Position numbers and translations under genes: made by a program
The notes under the pieces: model-generated
Told to the model about the DNA's origin: nothing
Seen by the model: only the letters and a program-made list of their open reading frames with translations
Database searches by the model: none
In this document: piece by piece, positions 1-12,359 of the stretch
Layout of the letters: each line of letters starts with the position of its first letter
Numbering within the stretch: position 1 is the first letter of the stretch
Source: Marsupella aquatica
Taxonomy: Eukaryota; Plantae; Marchantiophyta
Assembly (NCBI GenBank): GCA_973895155.1
Contig: OZ316891.1
Coordinates: forward strand, 23,083,884 to 23,147,883
Direction of reading: 5' to 3'
DNA length: 64,000 nucleotides

Positions 1-64
1 GAGAAACACAAGAAGATGCATGAGCCCGTATGGATATAGTCACGCGAATGGTCGCGTCACACAT

Positions 65-778
65 TATAAAGACAACATCCTCTACACTCTGGCCATTGAT
101 AAGTGACGTCTGTTGAAGTGCTTGATAAGAACTTGATCAACATGTCTCACACGTACAGATGCTCCCATATATCCTCATTCAGATCCCAATCTCGATATAG
201 ATTTCTAATCGACCAGATGGGATAATCGAACGCAAGACAAAGCCCTGAATCTGATAGCTTTCATAAATATGGAATGAGGTCATCTCTCAAAACGACATCA
301 TCCAACGATCCTTGAAACGACTTAGCGAACAATAATCCGCATACAATTGTCTGGCATGTATGGGAAGGACAGGCATCAATCTAGATTATATTCTCTGGTC
401 GATAATTTTGAAACATATCACGTAGTCTCTCGATAGATTTGAAGACAACAGTCTTATAATTTTTCTTCACATAACCAAGATTCCAGCAATGATCCCGCGT
501 GAACACATATATTAGCTACGACAGGTCGGTGCTCGACAACACTTTTGAAAGTATCTGATAAACCAGTTTATCGTCGAGAATAGACCAGACCATCACATCA
601 AAATGATCATAACAGAATTTTATAAGATCATGAAGATGCAGCCTCGGAACGACACATAGAGATCCGATACGAATTTTGGGTGTCGACTTGAGCTGAGGAG
701 TATATTTTGAAACAGAGCACAGGAAGTTTTCCAGTCCTAAAACTAGAAGTTGACGCGACCTGCTCCACTTAGACACTT
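65..778 (-). pseudogene. Second FCP1/NIF (HAD-like CTD-phosphatase) domain of the interrupted multi-domain gene; degenerate active site
   Basis: Reads QLLVLGLENFL...VVPRLHLHDLIKFCYDHFDVMVWS...VFKSIERL...ENII*IDA, the LLVLDLD / RP.L..F / V.VWS / N.ILVDD layout of NIF domains. GLE replaces DxD and there are in-frame TAG stops. The left limit is approximate. Confidence 0.7.
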
Positions 779-905
779 GTAAATGAACAATTTGATTCTC
801 ATATTATGCAATTGCAAACAACCACGCGACCGAGCGCGTCACTCCCAAAATATAAAGTTCAATTTCAATCAATTTATAAATAATAATTGATAATAAACAA
901 TAAAC

Positions 906-1346
906 GTTTACTTATTGGACTTATCCCAGGCTTCTATAGCACGGTCTTTTTTGGCAGATAAGTATTTCATAAATTCGTCAAACTTTTCTAAATGGTCTTT
1001 ATTCCCCTGATTACGAATGATCACATTTCTTCTCCAAAGATTTGTCTTATCAATATAATCTTTCTCAAGATTTTCTTGAGAGAACGTTGGAATCCCATAT
1101 CCACTAAGGAGCTCGTGGAATGTCAACTTGTCAATTGACATGTCGCATAGATATGGATATACTTTCTTTCTAAAAAATAGGTCATCATCGAGCCCAGAAT
1201 ATGCATCGGGATACAGCGATGAATAGATAGAAGTCATTAAGGCTCGTTTTATATGCAGCATCATCGACAAGAATGACATTCTCAATGTTGTAATCTTTAA
1301 TATCGGCGGCAATGTCGAAGAGACATTTGACAAATAAGGGGATGTC
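906..1346 (-). pseudogene. C-terminal half of the first FCP1/NIF domain, separated from its N-terminal half by element A
   Basis: DIPLFVKCL...ENVILVDDAAYKTSLN...LYPDAY continues ...GQESTRLIGKNNND from 38949 across the ATGTC TSD. There is one frameshift near 1225. Confidence 0.8.
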
Positions 1347-1601
1347 TGTGGTGCATCCCATGGCTCCCCAAACCCAAGAAACCCCCCCGCACAAGCCGAT
1401 TCCTGCAGGTTTCGTGCTCGGCGAGGCCATTTCCGCAGCTTAGCGGCATGGGATGCTGCTACCCTCCTACTACTCCTATTAACATTTTACACACATATAC
1501 TAGACAGATCCTTCATCGGGTCATGAGATACGCAGTTGGCCTAATCTAGACCTTCTCTTGTCTTTCTCTCCTGTTGGTTAGGTATATTTGGATTCCGCCG
1601 C

Positions 1602-3828
1602 TGTCATGAGGTTTCCATCCTAAAGGAGGAATCCTCATGTTTTGTGAAGGAAGTTGAAACCAATTTTGCTTCTAACTTGGGCAAGTTGACTTGACTTGAG
1701 CTAACTTGACCAAGGTGAAGGAGGAAGTAGAGTTATGAGGGTCAAGGTAGGGATGAGGTCGAGCCTACCCACCCTTGTTACTATTGTGGGGTATGTTTTT
1801 CATTTGTGACCAGCGATTAAGTTATCATTTGGCGGATTGGCGGAATGGAGGTTGCTTGCTCAACAAGCAAGGTATTTAGGGTTTTGGCAACATGGTGACC
1901 AGGTTCATTGAATACATGGAGGAGGTGACCAGGTTCAAGGCATGTAAGAGGGTTTGATCCAAGTGCATCAGTTTTGTGAGATTTGGACCAGATTTAGATT
2001 TTTGTGTTAAATGGACCAAATTCAATGTATCTACTTCAACGGTGGATCTGGGTTTTGGTTAATGGATGGTTTGGATTGAAGGTGGAGATGTGAGTTAGGG
2101 CTTGGTGGAGGTCGTGGCTTTTTCAAAAAGGTCAAAGCTCATTTGGTTTACAAGTTACTAAGGAGGGGTTTTTTGGCTCATTTTTGGCCGTTTGATCTAA
2201 TTGGTGTGAGATCGAGGGCTGTGATTCAACGAGGATTAAAACCATAAGTGGAGGGGCTTGTGGGTGCCCTGGGCCTTCCCACGTGGGTACTAAAGGAGGA
2301 AGTTCGAGTGGCCAAGGGTTCGGAAGTTAGATGCTGCTGAAGTGCTGCCGTTTTGCCGTTTTGGAGTGTTAAGTCCCATTTTTAGTTGTAGGAGCGAACC
2401 TCTTGAGGGGAGCTCGAGCATGAGGCATGAGTGAAGGGGGAGCCCTCCTCCTTGGCCATGGCCTTAGGATTTTGAGGGTAGGAGATGTAGAGGCAATTTT
2501 GTGAAGAGATAGATGGAGTAGAAGCTTTGAATGTGAAGAGATTGAGTTTTGTGACGGTTTTTCTAGGGATTTGGAGAGAGGTTTCGAATGTAGGAGAGGC
2601 TGACTCAAAGCCTTAGGAAGGAGGTAGGATGTGAGTAGGAAGTATAAGGAGCTTGCATGAGAGATTGCCCACAAGAAGGCATACTCGAATGTAGGTTTGT
2701 TGCTTCAAGTTTTGAGGAGAATGGACTCGTAGGAGATTTTCAAAAGCTTAGAGGAGATAAGACCTAATCTTGTTGAAGCTTGGGAGTCTTGCATTAGAGA
2801 TGGCTCACTAAGAAGCCTACTCTCTTGTAAACTCCTTGACTTGAAGCTTCAAAAGTAGATTTGGTTGATAGAAGGAAGTATGAGAGAAGGAGACTAGGGT
2901 TTTGAAGCTTGGATAGGCTATGGAGGGATTTTGAATGCTTGGTTGATGATTAGACTTGGTGATGATTCATTTTTGCTAGGAGGGTCTTGCTTGTGACCCA
3001 TGTTTTTACTTGGAGGCCATGATGCTACATGTGCCTTCTTGCTATGCATTTAGAGGAGAGGTATCCTCGTTTTTGAGATGTGTGTTGATGCCTTGCTTTG
3101 GCTATGAGTGATGGAATGGTTAGAATGAATGTCTTCATGCCATTTTTGAATGTTGTTGTGAGCTTGAAGGTGTTTTTGAAAGTAGATGGGTTGGATGAAG
3201 GTACTTTTGAAAGTAGTTATTATGCATGAGGGAAGTTGCAAGAGTAAAGAGTGAAGGCATTTTTGATTGATGGAATGGGTTGTTTGTGGATTGTACTTGG
3301 TGGTTCTACTAGAGGAAGGGACTAAGGTCAATTCCATGTTTGTTAAGGAGTTTGTTGACCAACCCTAGGTCACTTTTCAAAAGTAGTTTTCCATGTTTCA
3401 ACAGTTGGATGTTTGACTGGTGCATAGAGATGCCTTGCATACCTTTGGATGTCCCACTTGTCTTAGCCACAACCAAGAGTGACCCTTAACTTGACCACAT
3501 TGATGTAAGCTTGAACTTGTATACCTTAGAGGGTTGCAAGGGATTGTGTGCAATCAAGTGTTGGAAAAGGAATGGTGACCAATTGAATGTTGGGCTTAGA
3601 CTTGTGAGGATTACATTGGGAAGCTTGAACTAGTTATTTTGATTGTGATTGGATATGAGTATGTAAATGGCTTGAGTTTTGAAAGCATGCTTGCTTGCTT
3701 GTGATGATGTGGATGAAAGGTTAGGGTAGATACTTTGTCTTGTTTGCAACCGTTTCCTATCTCAAGCAGCCGTACACCCTGCGTGTCCCTTGAGGCCTTT
3801 TCCCACCTCTTTGCTTATCCTCAGGACA
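1602..3828. mobile_element. Solo LTR D (2227 bp) inserted in the 3' LTR of A
   Basis: Termini TGTCATGAGG...CCTCAGGACA form an imperfect inverted repeat; 4-bp TSD CCGC (1598-1601, 3829-3832); the empty site GATTCCGCCGCCGGAATG is seen at ~31153 and ~52806; no retro domains inside. Confidence 0.88.
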
Positions 3829-6674
3829 CCGCCGGAATGATCCCCAATTGGTTTGGTTAAGCCGCTAAGACCTCTCTCAGCTCAACACATCCAACTCTCA
3901 CTCCCTTGCTTACTTCCCTTCTACTTGTTGATGTGGGCACTCTTCACACAAGTTAATGCGACACACAAATAGCAAAATGACTCCTTCTGACTGAGTTATA
4001 CCATGCACATGAAATACAGACAGTACATCTCATGTACAAGCTCTGCGAACTAAGCCGTGAGGCCAACTCTATTGAGTACTTAGGTATGAGGAAACATGAA
4101 TATACACAAGGGTCACTGTATAACTAATCGAGAGCTTCTCTTACTACTTGATCCCAGCCCTGCTGGTGCAACTAAAAACTTGCTAAAGAAGAGGCCCTGA
4201 ACTCCCCGCAACCCAGGTACTTATCCTGGTTGCGGATCCGCCTGATTCCTTGCAGTGTAAGCCTAATCTACCTACAGTAATCTACTTGACTGTAATCTAT
4301 CTATGTACAGCAAGCCAGGAGCACAAGTGTCACCCTCACCCGTGGATCCAAAATCCCACTAATCTAAGTGTCAGGGCCGTCTCCAGGTCCTGATCCTAAG
4401 TCTAAACTTGGAGATCAGCGCCCGCCCTTCCCACTCACGCCTCCTACCTCCACGTCCGCCTTCCCTAAAAGGGACGGCGCCCTTACACCGTCACGACACC
4501 GGTGGCTGGTCCTCACTGGACACCCCCAACGCATCCTCTATAGCCACTGCCGTTGGTCCGTCCTCTAACAGATTACCTGCCCTTGACCGAGTCAACTCTT
4601 CATCGGCCTGACTGGGTCCACCCTCGGCTTTGGCCTCAGCCTCGGTCAAGGCCTCCAATACGGCTACGGCCTCCCCGGCATGTTCTAGTGGAGGATCCGG
4701 TACCTCGGTATCATTACTGGTTCTCCCGGCCTCGCCCTTGCCATCTCCTCTTCCTAGGACTGGTGGATCCACCGTCATGCCGATGCTGGAGATTGGTGTC
4801 GGGTTTATCTTCTCGGTCACAACGGCTTGAGAAGCCATATAACTCCCAGACCCAAAAGGTTTCCGCTTCTTTTGCTTCCCTATTTTGACAGCCAGTTCCT
4901 TCCCCTTGCCACTTACCTTTGGCACTGGGGTGAGTGTTTCGGCTTATCCTACGGCCAATACTACCCCTGGTAACTGGGTTCCCCCAATTGGAGTTGGACC
5001 TGATGAAGCCAAGCATTTAAATACTGCGGCTTGTGTCTTCAGCCGCTCCGTTTGGTTGTTGGCCCTCCGCTGTAGGTTCTCCATCTTCCTTGTGATTTCC
5101 TCCAACTCCTCTTGGGTCTCGTCCAGGTCGTTGCACGCCTCCTCCAGCTCCTTATTGGCTTCCTCCAATTCTTTCTTTAAGGTAGCCCTCTCCTCCTCGG
5201 TTGCTCTTAGCTCCTTGTCGAGCTCTGCTATGACCACAGACTCCATCTTATTCATCTTGGCATAAGTTTGGTTGAGCTGGTCGTCCTTTTCATGCAGGTC
5301 AGCCTTGAAGCTGGCCGTTAGGGACGCAAGCTCCTGTTGCAGTGCAATAATCCCTTGATAGGATTTCCCTAACTCTGCTTCCTTCTGCTCAAGGGCTCCA
5401 CGGATATCTTCGAGCTTTCCTTTCAACGCCCTCTCCCTTCTTTGGTTCTCCACCATTGCTCGATTGTTGGTTGCTAAGTGGGCCTCCTCTGCATCCCTTA
5501 GCTCCCGCTTCCATTTCTCTCTTTCTTTGACTGTGCCGGCCAACTGTCCTTGGGTCCGAATCAGGTTATCCTTGATAATCTGATTGTCAGACTGAGCCGT
5601 ATCCAACTGCCCTTGCATGATGTTTAGCTCATGCCGCTTGATCCGTAGCTCATCTTGGGCTTTCTTGGCCACCTGTAGGACTTCCACCTGGGCTTCCTTC
5701 TCCCTAAGCCGCCGGATGACCTCGTTCTTCTTGCTTCTCTCCAAAGCCACCGCTTCTTCTAATCGGTGCTTTTCTGTCACGTCATCAGCCTTGGCCTTAA
5801 CTCGGGCTTCAACTTTAAACGGGCACATCCTTTGTAAATATGAGGGTTCGGGCAGGGAGGGAAGAACGTAATGCACCTAATTCACGTAAACTAGCGCTAA
5901 GTGCGCATACTATTAGATACGGACACCTCCTAGGTATGGTTTGTGTTCTGCCGCCGGAACGTACCTTAGTCAATAGCAGGATCAACCCCGGCCTAAGGAC
6001 TTCTAAACCGTTGTGTTGTCCACCTTTGATCCGGATTCAATGATACAGGTCCTCAACCCGTGCTCGCAACCACATACCCGCAAGCTGCACCTCGTGCACG
6101 ACTCGAGTAGTGCGTTCGGCCCGGTGTCGTCACCTATACACAAGATTCATACACACATACACACGCACAAGCATACAATCTCAATTTACACGAAGGAAAT
6201 AATGGGAAAGGATTTTACTACATAGGGGACATAAGTGTACACTTGGTTGACCCGACAGCTCAGGAATGAACAGGTTCAAGGCCGAGGGTGTACACTACAA
6301 TGGAGCCCGGCTCCGCACTTGCCCGACGAGCTTAGTCCTACCCCCCTCCACTTGGTACTCTTTCACTCCCAAAGGTCAGGACTCCTCGCACGTACCACGG
6401 ATGTCCAACTCTGAGACTAAAAACCCCCCCTTGCTTCTACCGAGGGGTGCACTAAATACTAAGGGCCGAGGAACAGAGTGTCCTCCCGCCCAAAGATTTG
6501 CTGACTAAGGTCCTAACTAAGCTGACTGTCAGGCCAAAAAACGGCTGTATCTTATTAGAAGATCCTAATCTACGCAGGCTGGACAGCATGGCAGTGCTGC
6601 TGTAACTAAGGCAGGTGCCTGTCCCAATAGCCTGACTTAGCTATTCCTAACCCTATTCTAATCCTACTCCGCCG

Positions 6675-9314
6675 CTAATGTATGGCACGCTTGCCAGAGC
6701 CGTCCAAGTGGGAACGGTCATCCCGTTGCTTGCAAAGTCTAGCGTTGTCCGACTTGAGGAGTTGGACTTGGTCTAGTAGAGATTTGTTCTCTCGCTTCGC
6801 CGCATCCGTCTCCTCCGTTGCCTCCTGGCATGCCTCTTCCAGCTGCTGGGCGTCGCTTGTCAACTTGCCCACCAACTGGTCCTGCTTCTCGGCTTTGGTT
6901 TGAAGCCGCGCTACTTTGGCTTGTAGCGTGGCTATCTCCGCAGTGTCCCGCTAGGCCCGTTCTTCAGCCTCCTCCAGGTCTTTCTGCCAGATGACAGTTT
7001 GATTCTTCAAACTGTCAATCTGGGACCAGAGCCATGAAATCTCGGCCTCGTTCCCAGCTTTGGCCTGCTCGGCTAGGGCGATAAGGGCATGCGCCTTTGC
7101 TAACAACTCATTGGCGGCTGCAACTTTGGGTCGTAGTTGCAGAAGCTCAGCCTCTTGAGCTGCAACTTCATTCTTTAAGTATACGGACTCCACCCGGTAC
7201 CGCTCTATCCTCTGAAGGGCCTCTGACTGGGCCCGACCTGCCTGTACTGCGGCAACCAACTCCTGATTGAAGAAACAGGCTACCTTCCGGGCCATGAACT
7301 CCCCGGTATCCCGGGAAATTTGATGAGAGAAATCTCCCAGAAGCCCGTTCAGAAATGTACCCGATACGAAGAGTTCCAGGTGGTCCAGGTTGTGCCTGTC
7401 CGGAGTTGGGCACGGGTAGACGTCAACACGCGCGGGGGCCGGGGCAGTGACATCCAGCCCTAGGGACGTGTTGGAAGGGGCTGGAGTGTCCTCCTATAGC
7501 AAAGTCTGGTTCTCCGGAACAGCCACCGGTGGGTCCTTGGGAGACCCGGGCATGAGTAAGACCTCCGCTGTACCAACTTCTGTACTTAGCCCGGCTTGTT
7601 GGATCGCATCTACGGTTGTGATAATCGACCCATCCGGTACCTCCTTGGTCACGACTGCAGCTATTTGTGGGGGTGGGGTGGGTGAAGCCTGCGTGTCCGC
7701 TGGACTTTGGGCCTCGGGTTGGGGCCGTCTCTCCTAGGCCGGGAAAACCCACCTAACTGGGACCAGCCTGGTAATGTTGACACGGGGAAGGGTTCGTCGA
7801 TCAAACCGAGCATACCACTCAAGAATGATCTCGATGTGGCTAGCGAAATACGCCTTCCCTCCAATGTACAGCGTCTTTCTTCGCAACTCCATCTCTTCAT
7901 GGAATTTTTTAACAAAGTACGACGCCCACTTCCTAGGTCGATAGTTCTCGACCTGGATAACCTGGGCGACAGAGATCTCCCCCCGGGGTTCCATCATGTG
8001 GAGGGCGTACCTTTGGAACTCCAGTCGCTCAGCTATCTCGGGGATGAGGCAGGTCCTCATCACAAACCCGTTGTCCACTGCTCCCTTTGAGGGAAAACTC
8101 AAGGATTGGTACTTGGCTCCCTTGCCCCCGGGGGCCCATGATTCGACTGGGTGGTCCCCTTCGGGTAACCCGAAGATCATCTTGAGCCGCTCTTCCGTGA
8201 GGGACATATTCCTTCCCTGCAACCGAGTTTGTTGACGTGCGTCATCATAATTCTTGACGAATTCTGTCATATCCTCCCCGTAGTACCTGCAAGTGTTCCA
8301 GGGGAGAGAGGCGAGGTGCTCAAATCCCTGAGTCTTTAGGTACACCGCATGCTTGGGATGGAGGATGTTTTTATGCACGTTTTCTCCCATGCGGTGCATT
8401 GTCACCTTGGCCACGGCTACCGTGGCCAATGGTAACCCAGATACAGTGGTGGGTTCCTTCCTCTTCTTCCCCCGTGACTGGCTCGGGGAGGGTGACACCT
8501 CCCCATCCTCTCTATCGGGCATAGGTAGTGCTACCGCCATTAGTAAGGGGCCCGGGGTGGCCACGGTCACCGTGTTGTCTGCTGGAGCCGCTCCTTGGGT
8601 CCGAGCATGGGGAGGGGACGATGTAGTGTTGGCCCCCTGAGTGTTTGCTCTTCTGGGCCGCCTGAGCAAGGGTGGGGTAGCCTCGTCGTCGTCGCTAAGG
8701 TCCACAGCGTCCATGACAGAGCGTACTTGTACTGGCGGGGAAAATGGCGGTTGGGTTTGGCTAGGCTGAGGCTGAGGTTGAGGCTGAAGCTGAAGCTGAG
8801 CCTGAGTTGGTGCGGGTACGGGTATGGGGTTGACTGGGCCGGCGCCGGCGGTTGAGGGTCTAGTTCCCATGAAGCTCTGCAGGTGCTGGTAGAAGTTCTC
8901 CGCAGCCGGTGCAGGTGTCCTTGTTGGACGGGTAGTGCTGGACTCGCTGTTGATGATAGCCTGAACCTGAGCAGAGATGTGGTCGAAGTGATGTCGTTGC
9001 AAGTCGATCGTACCCAGGATATTGAAGACCTCGTCCGGGAGCCAAAGCAATGCTTCCTAGAAACCGATATAGTTGTCTCCGTTGAAGAAGTACCCAGATA
9101 CCTGTGCTGGTCGGTAGAGCTCGCTCTGAGACGGGTAGTCAAAGTTAAGGATATAGCGGTGTCATCCTGCTAGGCGGATGGCTCTCGCGTACTCGCGTTC
9201 AATTTTGTATCGGCGCGGGTTGGCGTGTTTCAACGAGTCGGCCAAGTGTCTTCTGGTAGATAGGAACTGCGTCCAGAATCGAATGGCCGAACTGGAGAGG
9301 ATCATGTGAGACAT
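6675..9314 (-). pseudogene. LTR-encoded ORF of family C (~880 codons): Pro/Gln-rich region, conserved globular domain, coiled coil
   Basis: One reading frame from ATG 9314 through track ORFs 7734-9050, 6951-7295 and 6675-6875. It is broken only by in-frame TGA/TAG stops (~9165, 9057, 7734, ~7495, 6951). Homologous to the family A LTR ORF. Confidence 0.85.
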
Positions 9315-9410
9315 TCAGAGGAGATAGTAGTGGCAAGTAAGAGCAAACGAGAGAGCTGGGGTCGAAGCTGGCGCGCGGTCTGATGGACTGGTTCACTACA
9401 AAGGGTCGGC

Positions 9411-9423
9411 TCCCTTTTTATAC
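9411..9423 (-). promoter_or_regulatory. Candidate TATA box of LTR C
   Basis: GTATAAAAAGGGA on the minus strand, ~360 bp inside the LTR and ~100 bp upstream of ATG 9314. Confidence 0.5.
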
Positions 9424-12155
9424 CTTGAGGGCTTGTCGCTCCCCTGACATCTCCTTGTTGCCTATAGGCTGAACCGTTCACGCTTGTAGTGTACCGGCCA
9501 CTCTGCCGGTCTGAGTCACCGCGTGTTAGTGGATGCCTCCCGAAGTTCGTTATATGGACCGGAGGGAGGGGCCCCTCCACGCTCGTAACCCGGGCGTGCA
9601 AATGGTGACGCGCCGCCAGCCCGAACATGAATTCCCCTTATTGACTAATGATTTCCTACTCATAATGGCTACCTAAATACTGTCGTTATGCTAATCATAG
9701 CGGCTTAAGATACCCCTAACGCGCGTGCTAAGCACGGTTTAGACCAAATTACTCATTACTCGCCGTACCGGCGGCGTCACATTTTCCAACATCTCCCTCT
9801 AGAAAAAGGGTCCCCACACATCTCCCCGTACTCCATGGCTCTATCCTTAGCATAGGTGGAGTAACTAGAAGTCATCGGCATCAACCACCCCGGCCTCTGC
9901 TCCCAAGCCGCCTTGCGGATTTCTTCTATGGTGGCAAGAGGGTTGCTTCTTTTTTCGGCAAGCCGCCTGATGTCCTTCGGCCAATCTCCTCCTAGTAAAT
10001 CCTTCTCCCTAGCCAGGGCTGCTTTCTCTTCCTCCCTAAGTCGCTCCTGAAATTCTTGTGCCGTCTGCTTTATGCCGTCAAAGCTCGGGGGAGAAATCTC
10101 TGGTGGGGGAGACTCGGGGCTACTCTGTTGGGTGGGGTCCCCTCGAACTACTCTTGGAAGCGTGGGGATAAATTGGCCACAGGTCCTTACTCCTGGAACA
10201 TGATGATCCGACACATAGCCGGAGTTATCATTGCTGTAGTCCTCCACCGCCTCCTCCACTACTTGGACTCCCGGCTTCTCCCTTTGGTCCCCTGGTCTTG
10301 TTGTGAAATGGCCTCTGGTTCCTCTGGTTTCCAGGCTGTCGTCTCCCTTTGCTCTCCGCGGGAAGGAGCCTTAGGCTGCTCTGTCTCTGATTCGGGGCTT
10401 GAGGCTCCCACATACATTTGCACTCCCGGCTTGTGTTCTGGCCTCCTGGTCTCCTTGGCTCCAGTAAAGGGGTCTTCCCTTCTGAGTCGGCTTAGGCCCA
10501 CCTCTAGGGTATCGTCCTGTATTGTTGCCGTTGCCGTTGCCATTGCCGGAACCGTTCTCCTTTCCTTCTCCAGCAATTTCAGCAGATTTTGCATGCCTGG
10601 TTGCTGCATCGGCACGTCTTCTTTCTTTGTCCGAAACACTTGCTGGATCGTTGGACTGTCAGGCTGGTTGGGCTTCTCTGGTGCCGGCCCTTGCTCCAGA
10701 ACCTCCTCCGGTGCCCTTGCCGATAGGGGAAGTACTGGGGCAAAGAGTTGACTTCTGGCATACCGGCACAACAGCGGCATGTGATAGCCAAGCCGGGACA
10801 CACTTCCCACGCCGATCACCTGCTGTTCCTCCTTCAAGATTTTCTTTAGTTGGTTGAGGAGGTACCCGTTGTAATCTTGGCTTGGGTCTAGCCTTTCTGC
10901 CAGGTAGACCTGAGCCTTGCCAATCTCTGCCCTCGGCAAGTTATAGTGCATGGTCACCCGCAAGAAATCGATCATCTCTCCAATGTGCGGGTTGGTGCAG
11001 GTGTTTGGGAAGAAGCCATTCTTCATTGATGGTCCTGGGAACGACCGGAACTCCTTGTCAGGTAAGGTCTTCCTGGTATCAACCTTGGTCTTATTACCCA
11101 TCGGCAAGCCAAACACCTCAACAATCACCCGGGGAGTGACATAGAAATCCTTCCCATACACCCTCGTGGAATTGGTCTCGGGTTCCCATGATCCCACAAA
11201 TTCTAATAAGTCTGAGTCCGGCACCTCCGGCTTCAGCCATGGTAATCTTACAAAGGCTTCAAAGCCGGATCCGGCCATGAAGCCTTGGTACTTCTTGGTC
11301 TGCATGGCCGTAAAGCATGCATCCTCCTCCCGTACAAAGTGTAATTGCACCTCCTTCAGTAGGGTTGCCGCCCAGCCTTTCCAGGTGTCATCGTTTGTTG
11401 GAATGGCCTTGATGGGATTGACCTCTTCCTCTTTGGCGTCTCCCCTTGTCCTGCTTTGCTGCTCTGCTGGCTTCCTAGGTACCGCCAACCTTGCTCTTTT
11501 TGTCGGGTGGCCTTTTCGTTGTTGTTGCAGCGATTGGCTTCCTGGATGCCGACGATTCTATTTTCGCAAAACAGAAGGTCGTCGAGCTGATTGGCAGTAG
11601 GAGTCCACAAGAACTCGGCCTTGATAAGTTCTCCTCCTAAGAAAGCCATCTTTTGCAGTTCCCAGAGCCGAGAGAGCTCCTGCCGTTCTCGAGCTGCTCT
11701 CTCTGATTCTTCATCCTCGTAAGTCCTGATGTACTCACCTGCCCATTCAAACAGGCATCCCCAAAAATGTGCCGCTTGATTGACGTTGCTCATACCCTCC
11801 TTGAGTTGATCATTGGTATCTGTTCCCACCCCAAGTGCTTGCCTAAGCAGCTGACAGCATTTGTCCTCCCGTGGTTGTCTGCCCAGTTCGTTCTTGCAAA
11901 TGAGTCACTATTCCTCGCGAGCGGTCCTTACCCCTCTCCTCCTCTGGTCTTCCCTTGTTGGTCACCCCTAGCCGCCAACGCTTAGCGCGCCCTAACCCTA
12001 ATCGTGTTCTCTCCCCCGGCGTCCTTACTTCCGGCCTCGGCCCGGGTTCCATAGTCACCCTTAATTGTTTATATTTTCCTTGTTTTGTTCCTATACTAAG
12101 GTGTTTCTAGGGTACACTCCTGCTTTACCATGTAAACCGGGCTAGTGATTCTTGG

Positions 12156-12359
12156 CTAGGCATCACATAGCTCCCCACTTAATTGTGAAGCGTCCTCGCA
12201 AACAACTTCATCTTCGTCCATATAATATTTCTTGAGGCGGTCGTAATGGATGCAAACTGGGTACACCTCTCCAGTAATGTTGGCCAATTGCACGGAGCCA
12301 TTGGAGAACCTCATGGTTACTCTAAAGGGTCCTAACCAGCGAGTGTAAAGTTTACCTGG
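12156..12359 (-). pseudogene. Integrase C-terminus (GPY/F motif) of element A
   Basis: PGKLYTRWLGPF...IHYDRLKKY continues ...LLYDNRYNRFP from 24851 across element B. Confidence 0.9.
12168..12182 (-). other. Polypurine tract of element A
   Basis: TTAAGTGGGGAGCTA directly before the TG of the 3' LTR on the minus strand. Confidence 0.8.

Larger units (their letters stand above)
5775..9781 (-). mobile_element. Solo LTR C (4007 bp), a different family carrying its own internal ORF
   Basis: TGTCAC...GTCACA termini; 5-bp TSD TTTTC (5770-5774, 9782-9786); empty site at ~36440; no gag/pol inside. Orientation is taken from the ORF and TATA. Confidence 0.88.
4491..12052 (-). pseudogene. LTR-encoded accessory ORF of family A, 3' LTR copy, interrupted by solo LTR C
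   Basis: Track fragments 11843-12058, 11356-11829, 10259-11488, 9777-10259, 4944-5876 and 4491-4925 match the ORF in the solo LTR (53473-57074) in order. Confidence 0.85.
1347..12167 (-). repeat. 3' LTR of element A (~4.58 kb after removing inserts D and C)
   Basis: Runs from TGTGGTGCATCCC to GGCATCACA, abuts the PPT, and is colinear with 30910-38948 and 52552-57189. Confidence 0.93.

Noticed and set aside
4944-5876. 310-aa ORF as an independent SMC/myosin-like gene
   Set aside because: It is chimeric: the first ~34 aa come from LTR C and the rest is the coiled coil of the A LTR ORF.
11990-12002. CCCTAACCCTAA telomere-like motif (also ~38770 and ~57016)
   Set aside because: Only two units, inside the LTR ORF; not an interstitial telomere.
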